NCBI GenBank assembly: GCA_965140445.1
Contig: OZ223236.1
Location: 2,624,001 to 2,688,000, forward strand
Source of the DNA: Candidatus Ozemobacteraceae bacterium
GTDB lineage: Bacteria > Muiribacteriota > Ozemobacteria > Ozemobacterales > Ozemobacteraceae
Reading direction: 5' to 3'
DNA length: 64,000 bases
The notes under the pieces are model-generated. The model was not told the DNA's origin. It saw only the letters and a list, made by a program, of their open reading frames with translations, and did not search any database. The translations under genes were made by a program, and so were the position numbers. Of the stretch, positions 19,634-29,454 are shown one piece after another (positions within the stretch are counted from its first letter, which is position 1; every line of letters starts with the position of its first letter).

Positions 19634-20173
19634 ATGAAAAAAGCATTTGGCCTGATCTTAACGATTACACTTTTGTTTTCTGGATCAGTTTTCGCTTTAG
19701 ATGAAGATGTATTCCGTTCGACCCTTGTAAAGTTCAGTCAAGTTGCAATTCCTGTGACTGCAATGAAAGGGAAAATGGGAGATGATGTATATAGCAAAGG
19801 TGGAAACGGAAAAGGTGGAAATGCTAGTCAGGGCGAATTTCCTTTTTTAACAGCTGAAAAGCTTAATAAGCAGATTGAAGTTTTGATACAGGGAATCGAA
19901 TCAGCAAAAGGCGTGGCTACAGCTCTTGCTGTAATCGTAAACCTTTATGAAAGTAATAAAATATCTGTTGAAGTTGCTATAACGGCGGTTCAGATACTTA
20001 AACTTAGAGCTGTATTTTTAAAGGTGTTTCTTTCCAATGGCAGTTCAGAACTTGAAATAATGATCAAAGTCCTGGAAGATAACGAGACGGAACTTGGAAA
20101 GCATATGCAGGCAAAAAGATCCGTAGATGCTCAGGTTAATGGTCGAATTAACGCAGCTCAATCAGGTTACTGA
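19634..20173 (+). CDS. Secreted hypothetical protein
   Basis: GGAGG before the ATG of MKKAFGLIL; signal peptide. Confidence 0.7.
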   Translation: MKKAFGLILTITLLFSGSVFALDEDVFRSTLVKFSQVAIPVTAMKGKMGDDVYSKGGNGKGGNASQGEFPFLTAEKLNKQIEVLIQGIESAKGVATALAVIVNLYESNKISVEVAITAVQILKLRAVFLKVFLSNGSSELEIMIKVLEDNETELGKHMQAKRSVDAQVNGRINAAQSGY

Positions 20174-20188
20174 TAAAAAATTAAGTAA

Positions 20189-20240
20189 AAATTAGACATA
20201 AAAAAATCCCGAATATTCGGGATTTTTTTATGTCTAATTT
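20189..20240. terminator. 52-bp perfect palindrome, bidirectional terminator
   Basis: AAATTAGACATAAAAAAATCCCGAAT|ATTCGGGATTTTTTTATGTCTAATTT between convergent genes. Confidence 0.85.
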
Positions 20241-20252
20241 AGAGGTTCAAGT

Positions 20253-21149
20253 CTACTCTTCTTTAGGTTTCAGGTATTTTCTAATTCTAACCTGGTTTCC
20301 TTTTTCATTATACTCCATTTCTTCAAACTGAAGTCGGGCAAGCATGATACCGCGCCCATTTGCAGCAAGAAGAATCTCTGGATCATTTGGATCTGGTAGA
20401 TTTCTCCAGTCAAATCCTTTGCCTTCGTCCTCAATGGTCCATTGGCAATATTCCTGGTTCATGACAAATTTTATCGTTGCTTGTCTATCCTTAAATTTGG
20501 GGTCGCTTAAGCGACTATTAAGAAGATTTTCCCAGTCTTCCAGATTTCCTTCAAGGGCTTCTTTTTTTGCATCAAAGTCTATTTCAAGGTTTCCATGTTC
20601 TATGGCATTAGTAAGAATCTCTACTAACCCCAAATGCACACCAAGTCTGCTTTCTTTTGGTATAGCAAAATTAGTTTCGTGCATCATTTTATCTGCAAGT
20701 CGATTTATAATCATCAATTCATTTGAGATTTTTAAGGTAAATTGTCTCTCAATAAATAAACCAAGGATTTCCTGCTCTACTGTTCTGTTTTTAAGAATAC
20801 TTTCGTACTTAGCTAAAAACTCTTTTAATAATTTGGGGCGGAAAGGTTTCAAAATGTAATCATTGGCTTTTAAGCGAAGGGCTTCTAAAGTATAATCTAC
20901 TGAACCAAATGCTGTAACCATAATTACGACAGCATCAGAGCTGATTTTTCTTATTTTTTCAAGTAGCTCAAGTCCATTCATTTTTGGCATGAGAATGTCT
21001 GAAAGGACTATGTCTGGCTCAAATTTTTTGAAAGCAGCGAGTCCAGCCTCTCCGTCTTCAGCTACTTCAACTTCATGTCCGATAGAAGAAACTGTTTTCG
21101 ATAAAAGCAGCCTGATTGGGGCTTCATCTTCTACTATGAGAATTTTCAT
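20253..21149 (-). CDS. Response regulator: REC domain plus anti-sigma-type HATPase domain
   Basis: ILIVEDE, LSDILMPKMNG, YILKP; EILTNAIEHGN, DEGKGFD, GRGI. Confidence 0.9.
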   Translation of the reverse strand: MKILIVEDEAPIRLLLSKTVSSIGHEVEVAEDGEAGLAAFKKFEPDIVLSDILMPKMNGLELLEKIRKISSDAVVIMVTAFGSVDYTLEALRLKANDYILKPFRPKLLKEFLAKYESILKNRTVEQEILGLFIERQFTLKISNELMIINRLADKMMHETNFAIPKESRLGVHLGLVEILTNAIEHGNLEIDFDAKKEALEGNLEDWENLLNSRLSDPKFKDRQATIKFVMNQEYCQWTIEDEGKGFDWRNLPDPNDPEILLAANGRGIMLARLQFEEMEYNEKGNQVRIRKYLKPKEE

Positions 21150-21150
21150 T

Positions 21151-22653
21151 TTATTCCCCTTTATTTATTTTTTTCGAGTTTTTACTAAGAGGTATTTTAA
21201 TTATAAACGTTTTTTCATCGTTTTCATTGGTATCCATTAACAATTTTCCCTGCATCAGGTCAATAAAAAAACTGGCATGTGATAGAACTAATTCATCCGC
21301 AAACACAATATCCTTACTTTGTGGTAAAGATATCAGGAATGAAAAAGAATTGTCATCTGTCAGGTATGTTAGATTTATAGAGCTTTTATGAGGCAAGTAT
21401 TTGATTATATAAGAGATGATTTCCGATAAAGCCAGATGTAGCTTTTCTCTATCCCCTTTGAAGGTTTGTGCTTCATTGTTTTGCAATACGTTAATAGTTA
21501 AGCTCTTTTGGTCGCAATCAGATTGAATTGAATTAATAACATCATTTAAAAAGTCGGTAAAAGATGTATCAATGCATTGCAAAGAGTTGCTGTCTTCTTT
21601 TTCACCCATTTTTAATAGATGGTTTATGAATTCAAGAAGTCTTTCTCCACCCTTTTGAATCATTTGCACATATTCGATTTGAGCTTCATTTAGATTGCCA
21701 TCAAACTGTTCCGAAAGTAAATCTGCAAAGCCAATAATTTCATTAAGTGGGGTCCTTAATTCATGACTCATATTGGCAAGAAATGTATCCTTAACTTTTT
21801 TTAATTCGCTTTGTTGATAGCGAAAACCTGGTTGCAGAATATCATTAGAAAGCCTGTGCGTAATTAAGTGGTGAGCCTCAATGAAAAATACAATAAAAAT
21901 CCTTGTTCTTGGGAGAATAAGAATAAACTGCTGAAAAATAACAGTATTAATTTTTATTTCTCTGAAAATGGACTTGGATCTTGAAGAGCCATAAGGCAGA
22001 TTATCGATTTGGCCTAATAATTCTTCAGGGAGAAGGTCTGGCAAACCAAGAACTTTACCAATCTTCTTTTGGATTCCTTTCATGGAATCATTCATATGCA
22101 AAATTTTGCCATCAAAACTAATTTCAATCATAGGGATTAAATTTAATTTTCGGATGATGGAATTTACGTATTGCGGGGTCAGTTCTCCACTAAAATCATC
22201 AAGTTCCTGTATATTTCTTTGGGTTCTAAGCTTTGTGTAAAGCTCATTTAAATATCCATGAAGAATAGAATTGCAATATTGCAGGCAAAACAGCTTTAGG
22301 CAGGATAGATCAAGGCTGGAAAATTCATTTCCCTTTAAAACCTCAAAAAAGCTTGAGGTGAATCTTGAAAGAAAACAATTTAAGCTGCTGGAAAAATCTA
22401 TACCGTATGAATACCTAACTGCTATGGATTGTCCGAGGCGTTTGGAAATAAAAAAAGCTTCTTTTCGAACTGGAATAATAAAATCTTCAGATAAAAAATC
22501 ATCTGAAATTTTTAGGAAATTATCAAAAACAACTTTGATCAGCTCCTTGGGAATAGGTTCCTTAACTTCTTGTTCCATTGCTAGAACAAGTTTAAAATGT
22601 TTTTCAGATAAAGCTTTAAAGTCAGATGTAGAATTGCTCATCCCATTCCTCAA
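21151..22653 (-). CDS. Histidine kinase-like protein (HisKA, degenerate ATPase domain)
   Basis: FLANMSHELRTPLN.IIGF H-box; no DxGxG or GxGLG boxes visible. Confidence 0.8.
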   Translation of the reverse strand: MRNGMSNSTSDFKALSEKHFKLVLAMEQEVKEPIPKELIKVVFDNFLKISDDFLSEDFIIPVRKEAFFISKRLGQSIAVRYSYGIDFSSSLNCFLSRFTSSFFEVLKGNEFSSLDLSCLKLFCLQYCNSILHGYLNELYTKLRTQRNIQELDDFSGELTPQYVNSIIRKLNLIPMIEISFDGKILHMNDSMKGIQKKIGKVLGLPDLLPEELLGQIDNLPYGSSRSKSIFREIKINTVIFQQFILILPRTRIFIVFFIEAHHLITHRLSNDILQPGFRYQQSELKKVKDTFLANMSHELRTPLNEIIGFADLLSEQFDGNLNEAQIEYVQMIQKGGERLLEFINHLLKMGEKEDSNSLQCIDTSFTDFLNDVINSIQSDCDQKSLTINVLQNNEAQTFKGDREKLHLALSEIISYIIKYLPHKSSINLTYLTDDNSFSFLISLPQSKDIVFADELVLSHASFFIDLMQGKLLMDTNENDEKTFIIKIPLSKNSKKINKGE

Positions 22654-22702
22654 GACGTACCTTTATTAAATTTTAACATAAATTGTTAGAAAGTTTGTAA
22701 AT

Positions 22703-23539
22703 TTAAGAAATACTTTTGATTAGTTGAATAACTTTTTCTGTTACAAAATCTGGAGTTGAAGCACCGGCAGAAATCGCAATTCTTGGAAAAGCTGCCATTG
22801 TTGATTTTTCAAGCTCTTTTTCTGTTTCTATGTGAAACGTGTTTGGACAAATTTCTCTGGCAATTTCTGCCAGGCGCCTGGTATTTGCACTTGATTTTCC
22901 GCCAACAATAATCACTGCATCTGCTTTTAAAGATAACTCTCTTATTTCTTTTTGTCTTTCAGAAGTGGCTAGACAAATTGAATTTGAAATTTCTGTATTC
23001 CTGTTATTTTTGGCTAAAAACTCCGAAATACTATTAAATTCTTCGCAACTAAAAGTTGTTTGAGCTATGACCATCAACTTATCTTTTGATTTATACTTTT
23101 CAGCCTCTTCCAATGAAGAAATCACATGATGCTTTCCAGGGGCAAAACTTTGTAAACTAAGTATTTCCGGGTGCTTCTTATCGCCCACTATAATTATAAA
23201 ATACCCAAGCTCAAAGTATTTTTGAATCTGTTTCTGGCTCGTTACAACATGAGGACATGTAGCATCAACAATTTTTAATCCTTTTGCGGTCATTTTTTGA
23301 ATTTCTTCTTTGGGCATACCATGCGCACGAATTATCATTGTTCCATCACTTACGGACTGCCAATCATCAACACTTTCTACACCATGTTCTTTAAGGAACT
23401 CTACTGCCTGTGGATTATGAATTAATGGCCCGCATGTGAAAACTACTTTTTTTTCTGCTTTGGCTGTTTGGATGGCGAGTTGAACTGCTCTTTTTACTCC
23501 CATACAAAATCCTGCTGTTTTTGCCAGATAAATTTCCAT
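22703..23539 (-). CDS. ispH: 4-hydroxy-3-methylbut-2-enyl diphosphate reductase
   Basis: AGFCMGVKRA, IHNP, IRAHG, DATCPHV, ICLATSERQ, GASTP. Confidence 0.96.
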   Translation of the reverse strand: MEIYLAKTAGFCMGVKRAVQLAIQTAKAEKKVVFTCGPLIHNPQAVEFLKEHGVESVDDWQSVSDGTMIIRAHGMPKEEIQKMTAKGLKIVDATCPHVVTSQKQIQKYFELGYFIIIVGDKKHPEILSLQSFAPGKHHVISSLEEAEKYKSKDKLMVIAQTTFSCEEFNSISEFLAKNNRNTEISNSICLATSERQKEIRELSLKADAVIIVGGKSSANTRRLAEIAREICPNTFHIETEKELEKSTMAAFPRIAISAGASTPDFVTEKVIQLIKSIS

Positions 23540-23600
23540 TTTTCCTCTTAAAATAAAATAATTGTAAAAAATTTAAAACTTGGGTAAATTCTAACATCTT

Positions 23601-23915
23601 ATGCGTGTTATTCTACATATTTTTCTTCACTTTTTAACTCCTTTTATTGTTTCTGTAGGAGTTTCCAGAGAACGTTGGCCAGTTTGTTTCTGGCCTATGG
23701 CCTGGACCATTTTGATTGATCTTGACCATTTGTTTGCCAATCCTGTTTTTAAGGCAAATAGGTGTAGCATTGATTTTCATGTCTTGCACAGCTGGGAGCT
23801 GGTCGCATTGTCGTTTTTTCTCATTTTTTTTAAGAAAACCAGATTTATAGGGGCTGGCTTATCCATTCATTATTCCTTAGATGCCATTGATGGTTTATTA
23901 ATGCTGATTTTCTGA
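23601..23915 (+). CDS. Small membrane protein (DUF6122-like)
   Basis: HI.LHF, IDLDHL.A.P.F...RCSI.FH.LHS pattern. Confidence 0.75.
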   Translation: MRVILHIFLHFLTPFIVSVGVSRERWPVCFWPMAWTILIDLDHLFANPVFKANRCSIDFHVLHSWELVALSFFLIFFKKTRFIGAGLSIHYSLDAIDGLLMLIF

Positions 23916-24934
23916 TAATCTCCATCTAAGGTTTTCAGCATTGCAGAAATCTCTTTCATAATAGACATTCGATGCGCGGATCTTTTTCTTTCAAAGGAAA
24001 TCAGCTTTAAGTCTTCTGAGAAATTGGCTTGAACAGAAAAAATAGTGTTTATCGGGTTTATAATTGAGCCGTAGCGCAAGTCATTCATTTTTACCGCAAT
24101 TTTTTCGTTTTGATTCTCTATTTTAGCAGCACAAAACCCCATCGAAAACCAGCTGAACAACTTTCCTTTTTCACTTTCATAAGCTTCTTTTGTCAGTTGG
24201 TTATTGTCTGAATCAAAATCTGTCCAAAGAAGCCTATTAGGCTTATTCAAAACATTTAAGTAGGCAATTTTATAACGGTGGTTTTGTTTCTTTATAATTA
24301 TTCGATAAAGAAGAGTATTTAAAAGAGTTGGTGTTGCTCTAATTTCCAGATACTTTGAACCTTCACTGCAGAGTTGATTCTCTGCAAACTTTATACATGT
24401 TCTGGAGTTTAAATAACCAAAAAAGTTATAACCGAAAGAGAGTAAGATTGCCACAATAGCCAGATGCTTTTTTTTTATGGGGTTAGCATAAGTCAGGAAG
24501 CCATAAAAAGTAGAAAGTAGTAGCGGAAAAGAAAAAAATGGATCAATAATTGGAAGCGAATCTAAGGCAAATCTTTTTGACGTTATAGGCCAAAAAAGAA
24601 GGGTCCCATAAGACGTAAACCAATCAATTATTGTATGAGATAATAGGCACCAAAATGTAAGCTGTATCCAGGAAAAGATTTTTTCATCTGAATTGCTAAT
24701 TTTTTTGGCGAACCATGCGATTGGAAATGTAAGAAGTGCTAATACGAAAACAGAATGCAATGGCCCTCTATGGAATTTTATGGAAATCCAAGGTCCCAAA
24801 AGGCTTGAAAGAACATCGATATCAGGAAAAAGTCCTAAAACAAATCCATAAAAAGCGGCTTTTTTGGAAAATTTTTGGGAAAAGCCTACCTGTGCAACGG
24901 TAGCACCTAATAGACCGTGGGTAACCAAATCCAT
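23870..24934 (-). CDS. Membrane-bound metal-dependent hydrolase (YdjM-like)
   Basis: MD.VTHGLLG, PDID, HRG..HS, SH...D..TSYGT. Confidence 0.88.
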   Translation of the reverse strand: MDLVTHGLLGATVAQVGFSQKFSKKAAFYGFVLGLFPDIDVLSSLLGPWISIKFHRGPLHSVFVLALLTFPIAWFAKKISNSDEKIFSWIQLTFWCLLSHTIIDWFTSYGTLLFWPITSKRFALDSLPIIDPFFSFPLLLSTFYGFLTYANPIKKKHLAIVAILLSFGYNFFGYLNSRTCIKFAENQLCSEGSKYLEIRATPTLLNTLLYRIIIKKQNHRYKIAYLNVLNKPNRLLWTDFDSDNNQLTKEAYESEKGKLFSWFSMGFCAAKIENQNEKIAVKMNDLRYGSIINPINTIFSVQANFSEDLKLISFERKRSAHRMSIMKEISAMLKTLDGDYQKISINKPSMASKE

Positions 24935-24937
24935 AAT

Positions 24938-26119
24938 CTATAAAGCTAAAAAGCTTTCTCTGCTTATGACTATAGGTTCCTTTACTGGCGTAACATTCGC
25001 AAACTGATAGAGTTTTTTCATAATTTCTTTGGTAACAATTTTACCTGAAGAGAATAACAACTTGCCTTCTATCGTTTCTACATCTGAAAGTAGAATGTCA
25101 CCCATTTTAAACTCTGAGATATTTACTTTTCGAACTACTCTGGCAACTTCTGAGCTTTTCAAACCGAGTTTATCCAATCCCCTGAAAACTTCTTCCAATA
25201 ATTGTGAGTCATATTTTTCAGGGTTTTGTCTCAAAAGCTCGTGGATGCTGGAAAAATCATCATAGGTGTCAGCAAGATGAACAATGTCATACAATATTTT
25301 TAAAACTCTGGATTCAAAAGGGATTGATTCACCTTTTACGTCATCAATTGGAAATCCGGAACCGTCAAAATTCTTATTACTATAGCGGACAATCTTAGCT
25401 ATGGGGGCAAACTTTGGAATATGTGATAAGAGATTCTCTGCTGTTTCTGGAGCGCTAGAGATTAATTGTGCTTCATACTCATTTAAAGGAGCTTTACTAG
25501 CTAGCTTTTCATTCAATTCATCAGAAAAACCGATATGTCCAAGGAGGGAAAAAAGAGCAGCTGTTTCAAAGGATACGTGATCGTCTATACCAAGAAATTT
25601 AGCCAATTCTTTTGCATAATGCTGAACTCTACGACCTTTTCTGAATGATTTTTCATTCGCTACCATTATCATCTCTGTTAAAATTTGAATTGTCCCTGTT
25701 AAAATTCCATCTAGATTTTGTTGATCTGTTATTGCCAGTCGCCTGGATTCTCTAAGTCCATCAATCATCGCAGCTGCAAGGACTTTAGTATTGCATGGTT
25801 TTGCTAAAAACTTAAAAACTCTGCATTCGTTTATGGCTTTCATTGCAAGGTCAAGATCAGCATAGCCTGTAAGAACCATGGTTACCGTGGAAGGGCTTAT
25901 TTCTCTAACCTTATGTATTAACTCTAGTCCAGTCATTTCTGGCAACTGGTAATCAGTAACCAAAAGGGAAAAGTTGCCTTCGCTTTCAAAAAGCTCAAGG
26001 GCCTTTTGAGCGCTTTCAGCAAATTTTACATCAATTACACTGCTAAATTGACGTTCATAAACAGCCAATACTTTGGGGTTGTCATCCACCATGAGTACTT
26101 TTTCAGCAATGGGGCTCAT
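24938..26119 (-). CDS. Response regulator with degenerate HD-GYP-like output domain
   Basis: VLMVDD, VTDYQLP..TG, FLAKP; NFDGSGFP....GESIP.ESR; the HD dyad is absent. Confidence 0.85.
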   Translation of the reverse strand: MSPIAEKVLMVDDNPKVLAVYERQFSSVIDVKFAESAQKALELFESEGNFSLLVTDYQLPEMTGLELIHKVREISPSTVTMVLTGYADLDLAMKAINECRVFKFLAKPCNTKVLAAAMIDGLRESRRLAITDQQNLDGILTGTIQILTEMIMVANEKSFRKGRRVQHYAKELAKFLGIDDHVSFETAALFSLLGHIGFSDELNEKLASKAPLNEYEAQLISSAPETAENLLSHIPKFAPIAKIVRYSNKNFDGSGFPIDDVKGESIPFESRVLKILYDIVHLADTYDDFSSIHELLRQNPEKYDSQLLEEVFRGLDKLGLKSSEVARVVRKVNISEFKMGDILLSDVETIEGKLLFSSGKIVTKEIMKKLYQFANVTPVKEPIVISRESFLAL

Positions 26120-26165
26120 TTTATCTCCGGGTATTTATAAATGATTCAATTATGGCTATTTAATT

Positions 26166-27206
26166 CTAGTTCTTGGATTCAAGAACATTCTTTATTGTTT
26201 CTGAAAGATTTTTAACTGTTGTTGGCTTTTGTAAAAAACCATTTGCGCCATTATTCAACATTCTTTGAGATACTTCACCAATTGGATCACCAGATATCAG
26301 AATAATCTTTAAATGTGGCCCATTTTTGCGGACTTCATTAAATAATTCTTCAGAGGTAATATCTGGAAGATTTAAATCCATAATTACCATTTCATTTTCC
26401 TGGCCTTTGCTTTTTATGAGTTCAATCGCTTCTTGTCCGGTTGAGCAGCCTGCTGGCAGATACTTCAGTCGTTTAAGCATCTCGCAAAGGAATCTTTGAA
26501 CTAATGGTTCGTCATCTATAACGATGATCCCAGGCAATGCCGCTGACTCGGATGTTGATTGATCTATCTTTGTTTCTGTTTGAGTGTTTGTATCTTTTCC
26601 TAAGAATAAGACGGGGCGTGATTTTGGTGGAAAAATTTTTCTGAAATCCTTATTTAAATCTATTGATTTCATTATGGCATTCATTACATTCGTTGCACAT
26701 TCTTTTAATTCTGGATCCGTGACTTCATCTTCAAGGGCAGATCCAAAACCAGAAATAATCTGAAACTGATTATTCATGTCATGAGTAATCTTTCTGGTGT
26801 TTGGGAGTTCCTGCATTAACTTTTGAATTTCTTGAAAATGATAGCCTTCAGCCATCATCGGCGACACGTTTTGAATGAAACCATTAATTTCATTACCTTC
26901 TTTTATGGAAGCAATCGTTATTGAAACAGTGCATGAGGGGAGTACATCTTTTTGGGTTAGATCTTTAAAAAATGTAAAAAGTCCTGATCTTGTTTTGCTT
27001 TCAAGGTTTAACAAGGCCTGTATGGACTTTGCATGCTCTTCGGAAAAGTGTTCTAAAAAGGAATCAAAGCTACTAATCTGTGAATCCTCAATTGGTAGAA
27101 CATTAGAAATTGAACTGTATAGTTTTAACTCTCCAGATTCCTTCAAATAAACAAATGGCGTGACCAGCAAGGCACTAACTAAATCTTCATTGATGCTTGT
27201 CATCAA
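26166..27206 (-). CDS. Signalling protein: HisKA-like H-box plus C-terminal REC, no ATPase domain
   Basis: THDMNNQFQII.G; IVIDDE, IMDLNLP, FLQKP. Confidence 0.75.
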   Translation of the reverse strand: MMTSINEDLVSALLVTPFVYLKESGELKLYSSISNVLPIEDSQISSFDSFLEHFSEEHAKSIQALLNLESKTRSGLFTFFKDLTQKDVLPSCTVSITIASIKEGNEINGFIQNVSPMMAEGYHFQEIQKLMQELPNTRKITHDMNNQFQIISGFGSALEDEVTDPELKECATNVMNAIMKSIDLNKDFRKIFPPKSRPVLFLGKDTNTQTETKIDQSTSESAALPGIIVIDDEPLVQRFLCEMLKRLKYLPAGCSTGQEAIELIKSKGQENEMVIMDLNLPDITSEELFNEVRKNGPHLKIILISGDPIGEVSQRMLNNGANGFLQKPTTVKNLSETIKNVLESKN

Positions 27207-27279
27207 ATCCCTCCCCGAGAATTCCTACATCTATTGTATCTTATCAGTGGTAAAAATACTAATATGAATTACCTTTTTT

Positions 27280-29385
27280 CTAGGAAATCGTTTGCCATAG
27301 CTCGGTGATGCTTTTTATAAGGTCACTTGGCCGATATGGCTTAGGCAATAGTCTTGAGCCTGTTTTTTTCAGATAATCATTCTTTAACAATTCATCGCAG
27401 AATCCAGTACAAAAAAGAATTGGTATATCTGGCCTTAACTTTCTAATCTCATCCGCAGCCTGTTTACCTGATTTTCCAGGCATTAAAACGTCAAAAATCA
27501 GCATAGAAATTTCAGGGTTTTTAGTAAATATTTCAACAGCTTCTAAGCCATCTTTTGCTGTAATAACTGTGAATCCGTGCTTTTTTAGAAGATTGGAAGC
27601 AAAATCTCTTACTAATGGCTCATCTTCAGCTAGAAGTATGGTAAGTTTTTCGCTAATGATTTTACTTGAAGAGGTGGCTTTTTGAACAGCAAGCTGTTCC
27701 TGATTACTTAGGGGCAGAATAAATAAAAATGAGGTTCCTTTATTTAGAACACTTTCAACCTTTATACACCCTTCATGTTTTTCTATGCATGATTGGACGG
27801 TTGCTAACCCTAGTCCAGTACCCTTGTCTTTTCCTTTGGTTGTAAAGAAGGGATTAAAAATTTGATTTAGTTTGTCCTCGGGAATTCCTGAGCCTGTATC
27901 TGCTACAATAAATTTTACATAAGAGATTTTGGGGTTTATCTTAAAATCAGGGAAGGATTCATTTATTTCTTGATTACTTATCTGTTTGACTTTTACCTGG
28001 ATGCTACCGCCATCTGGCATAGCGTCTCTGGCATTAATGAATAAGTTCAAAAATATTTGTTCAAAATGAACTGGATCTGCAAAAATACAAACCTGGTCTG
28101 AAAAACAAGAAGTATCAATTAAAATTTTGGGACCCAGAGTTCGTCTTGATAAAGAAACTATTTTTTGTAATGCTTCTGTGATGTTAATAGAGAGCTTTTT
28201 TATCTCTCCTTTTCGGCTAAAAGCAAGCAGTTGTCGTGATAAACCCATAGCTTGCTGACTAGCGTGTAGAATATTTTTTACGGTTTCTTTTTCAGGGTCT
28301 GTATCTGAGAAATGTAGATCTAAAATCTCAGTATATCCAGAAATCACCTGCAAAATATTGTTAAAATCATGTGCCACTCCGCTAGTTAATAAACCAATTG
28401 CTTCCATTTTTTGTGCCTGAAATAGTTGCTCTTCAATTTCTCTACGTTTTTCAAACTCCTTTTTTAGCATTTCGGAATGCTTTTTTAGAGAGTCCTTTTG
28501 ATCTCTGAGTAATGCTACAAGGGAGTTTTGAGCTTCATTAATTTCTTTTTTCTGAGTTTTCAATAATTGACAGCATGTTTGGAATGTTTTAAGAATTCCA
28601 TTTTGGTTTTCACGAAATCTAATTTTAGCTTCTACGCTGTTTTTTTGGGGTTCGATAAAAGCTATTTCTTCAATTTTATCAATAATGAATTCTGAAATGC
28701 TGCAAGAAGGAAAAATAACGTTCAGGTAGGAGTCAAAAAACTCGGAGAGCTCATCTTGTTTGTCGAGGTCAAATATGCCAATAATTGCAACTGAAGAAAA
28801 TTTCTCATCGTTTTTTAGGTATTTTGTAACAAAGGAGCCTAAAGAGTTTTTATTGGCGGCATCTATTAAAACAATTGCGGGAGCAGTATTATTTATGATG
28901 TTTTCAAAATCTTTTTTGCTTTCAATAGTCCTTACTGAAAATCCTCTGGACTTTAAAAGCATTTGAATCGTATTGGTTATAATATTTTTTTCATTGATTA
29001 CAAAAATCTCTTTGGTGTAACAAGCCATAAATCGATTTAGTTTAAAAAGAAGCTGGTTATGATTTATTACCGGGGCTAAAAATCCATCGATTTGTTTTGA
29101 GACAAGCTTTTCAACCACAAAATTGTTGAAGATACTTGAAAAAGCTACTGTCTTTATGGAGTTATTTTTTTCTTTAATTTTTAAACAGATGTCTTTTGTT
29201 TTGGATACACCAATATTTGAATTTAACAAGATAATTGAAAAATTATTTTCTTCGGCGAAAAAAGTCACGTCTTCATTAGAATTTAGCGCACCAACATCGA
29301 AGCCAATCTCTTTTAATCGGCTTGTATATAAAAGCCGTTGGGCGAAATTGTCTTCAATTAAAAGAACTCTCTCCGGTTGAGTCAT
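27280..29385 (-). CDS. Hybrid histidine kinase (two N-terminal REC-like domains, HisKA, HATPase, REC)
   Basis: QAQKMEAIG..SGVAHDFNN, NARDAM, DTGSGI, FFTTK..GTGLGL, C-terminal receiver. Confidence 0.93.
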   Translation of the reverse strand: MTQPERVLLIEDNFAQRLLYTSRLKEIGFDVGALNSNEDVTFFAEENNFSIILLNSNIGVSKTKDICLKIKEKNNSIKTVAFSSIFNNFVVEKLVSKQIDGFLAPVINHNQLLFKLNRFMACYTKEIFVINEKNIITNTIQMLLKSRGFSVRTIESKKDFENIINNTAPAIVLIDAANKNSLGSFVTKYLKNDEKFSSVAIIGIFDLDKQDELSEFFDSYLNVIFPSCSISEFIIDKIEEIAFIEPQKNSVEAKIRFRENQNGILKTFQTCCQLLKTQKKEINEAQNSLVALLRDQKDSLKKHSEMLKKEFEKRREIEEQLFQAQKMEAIGLLTSGVAHDFNNILQVISGYTEILDLHFSDTDPEKETVKNILHASQQAMGLSRQLLAFSRKGEIKKLSINITEALQKIVSLSRRTLGPKILIDTSCFSDQVCIFADPVHFEQIFLNLFINARDAMPDGGSIQVKVKQISNQEINESFPDFKINPKISYVKFIVADTGSGIPEDKLNQIFNPFFTTKGKDKGTGLGLATVQSCIEKHEGCIKVESVLNKGTSFLFILPLSNQEQLAVQKATSSSKIISEKLTILLAEDEPLVRDFASNLLKKHGFTVITAKDGLEAVEIFTKNPEISMLIFDVLMPGKSGKQAADEIRKLRPDIPILFCTGFCDELLKNDYLKKTGSRLLPKPYRPSDLIKSITELWQTIS

Positions 29386-29412
29386 TGTTGATCCTAATTT
29401 TGTCTTTGAAGT

Positions 29413-29441
29413 ATTATATAATCAAGATCACTAAAATGCAA
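29413..29441 (-). promoter_or_regulatory. Sigma70-like promoter for the hybrid kinase
   Basis: Minus strand TTGCAT-17 nt-TATAAT. Confidence 0.6.
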
Positions 29442-29454
29442 AGCAGAGAAAAGC

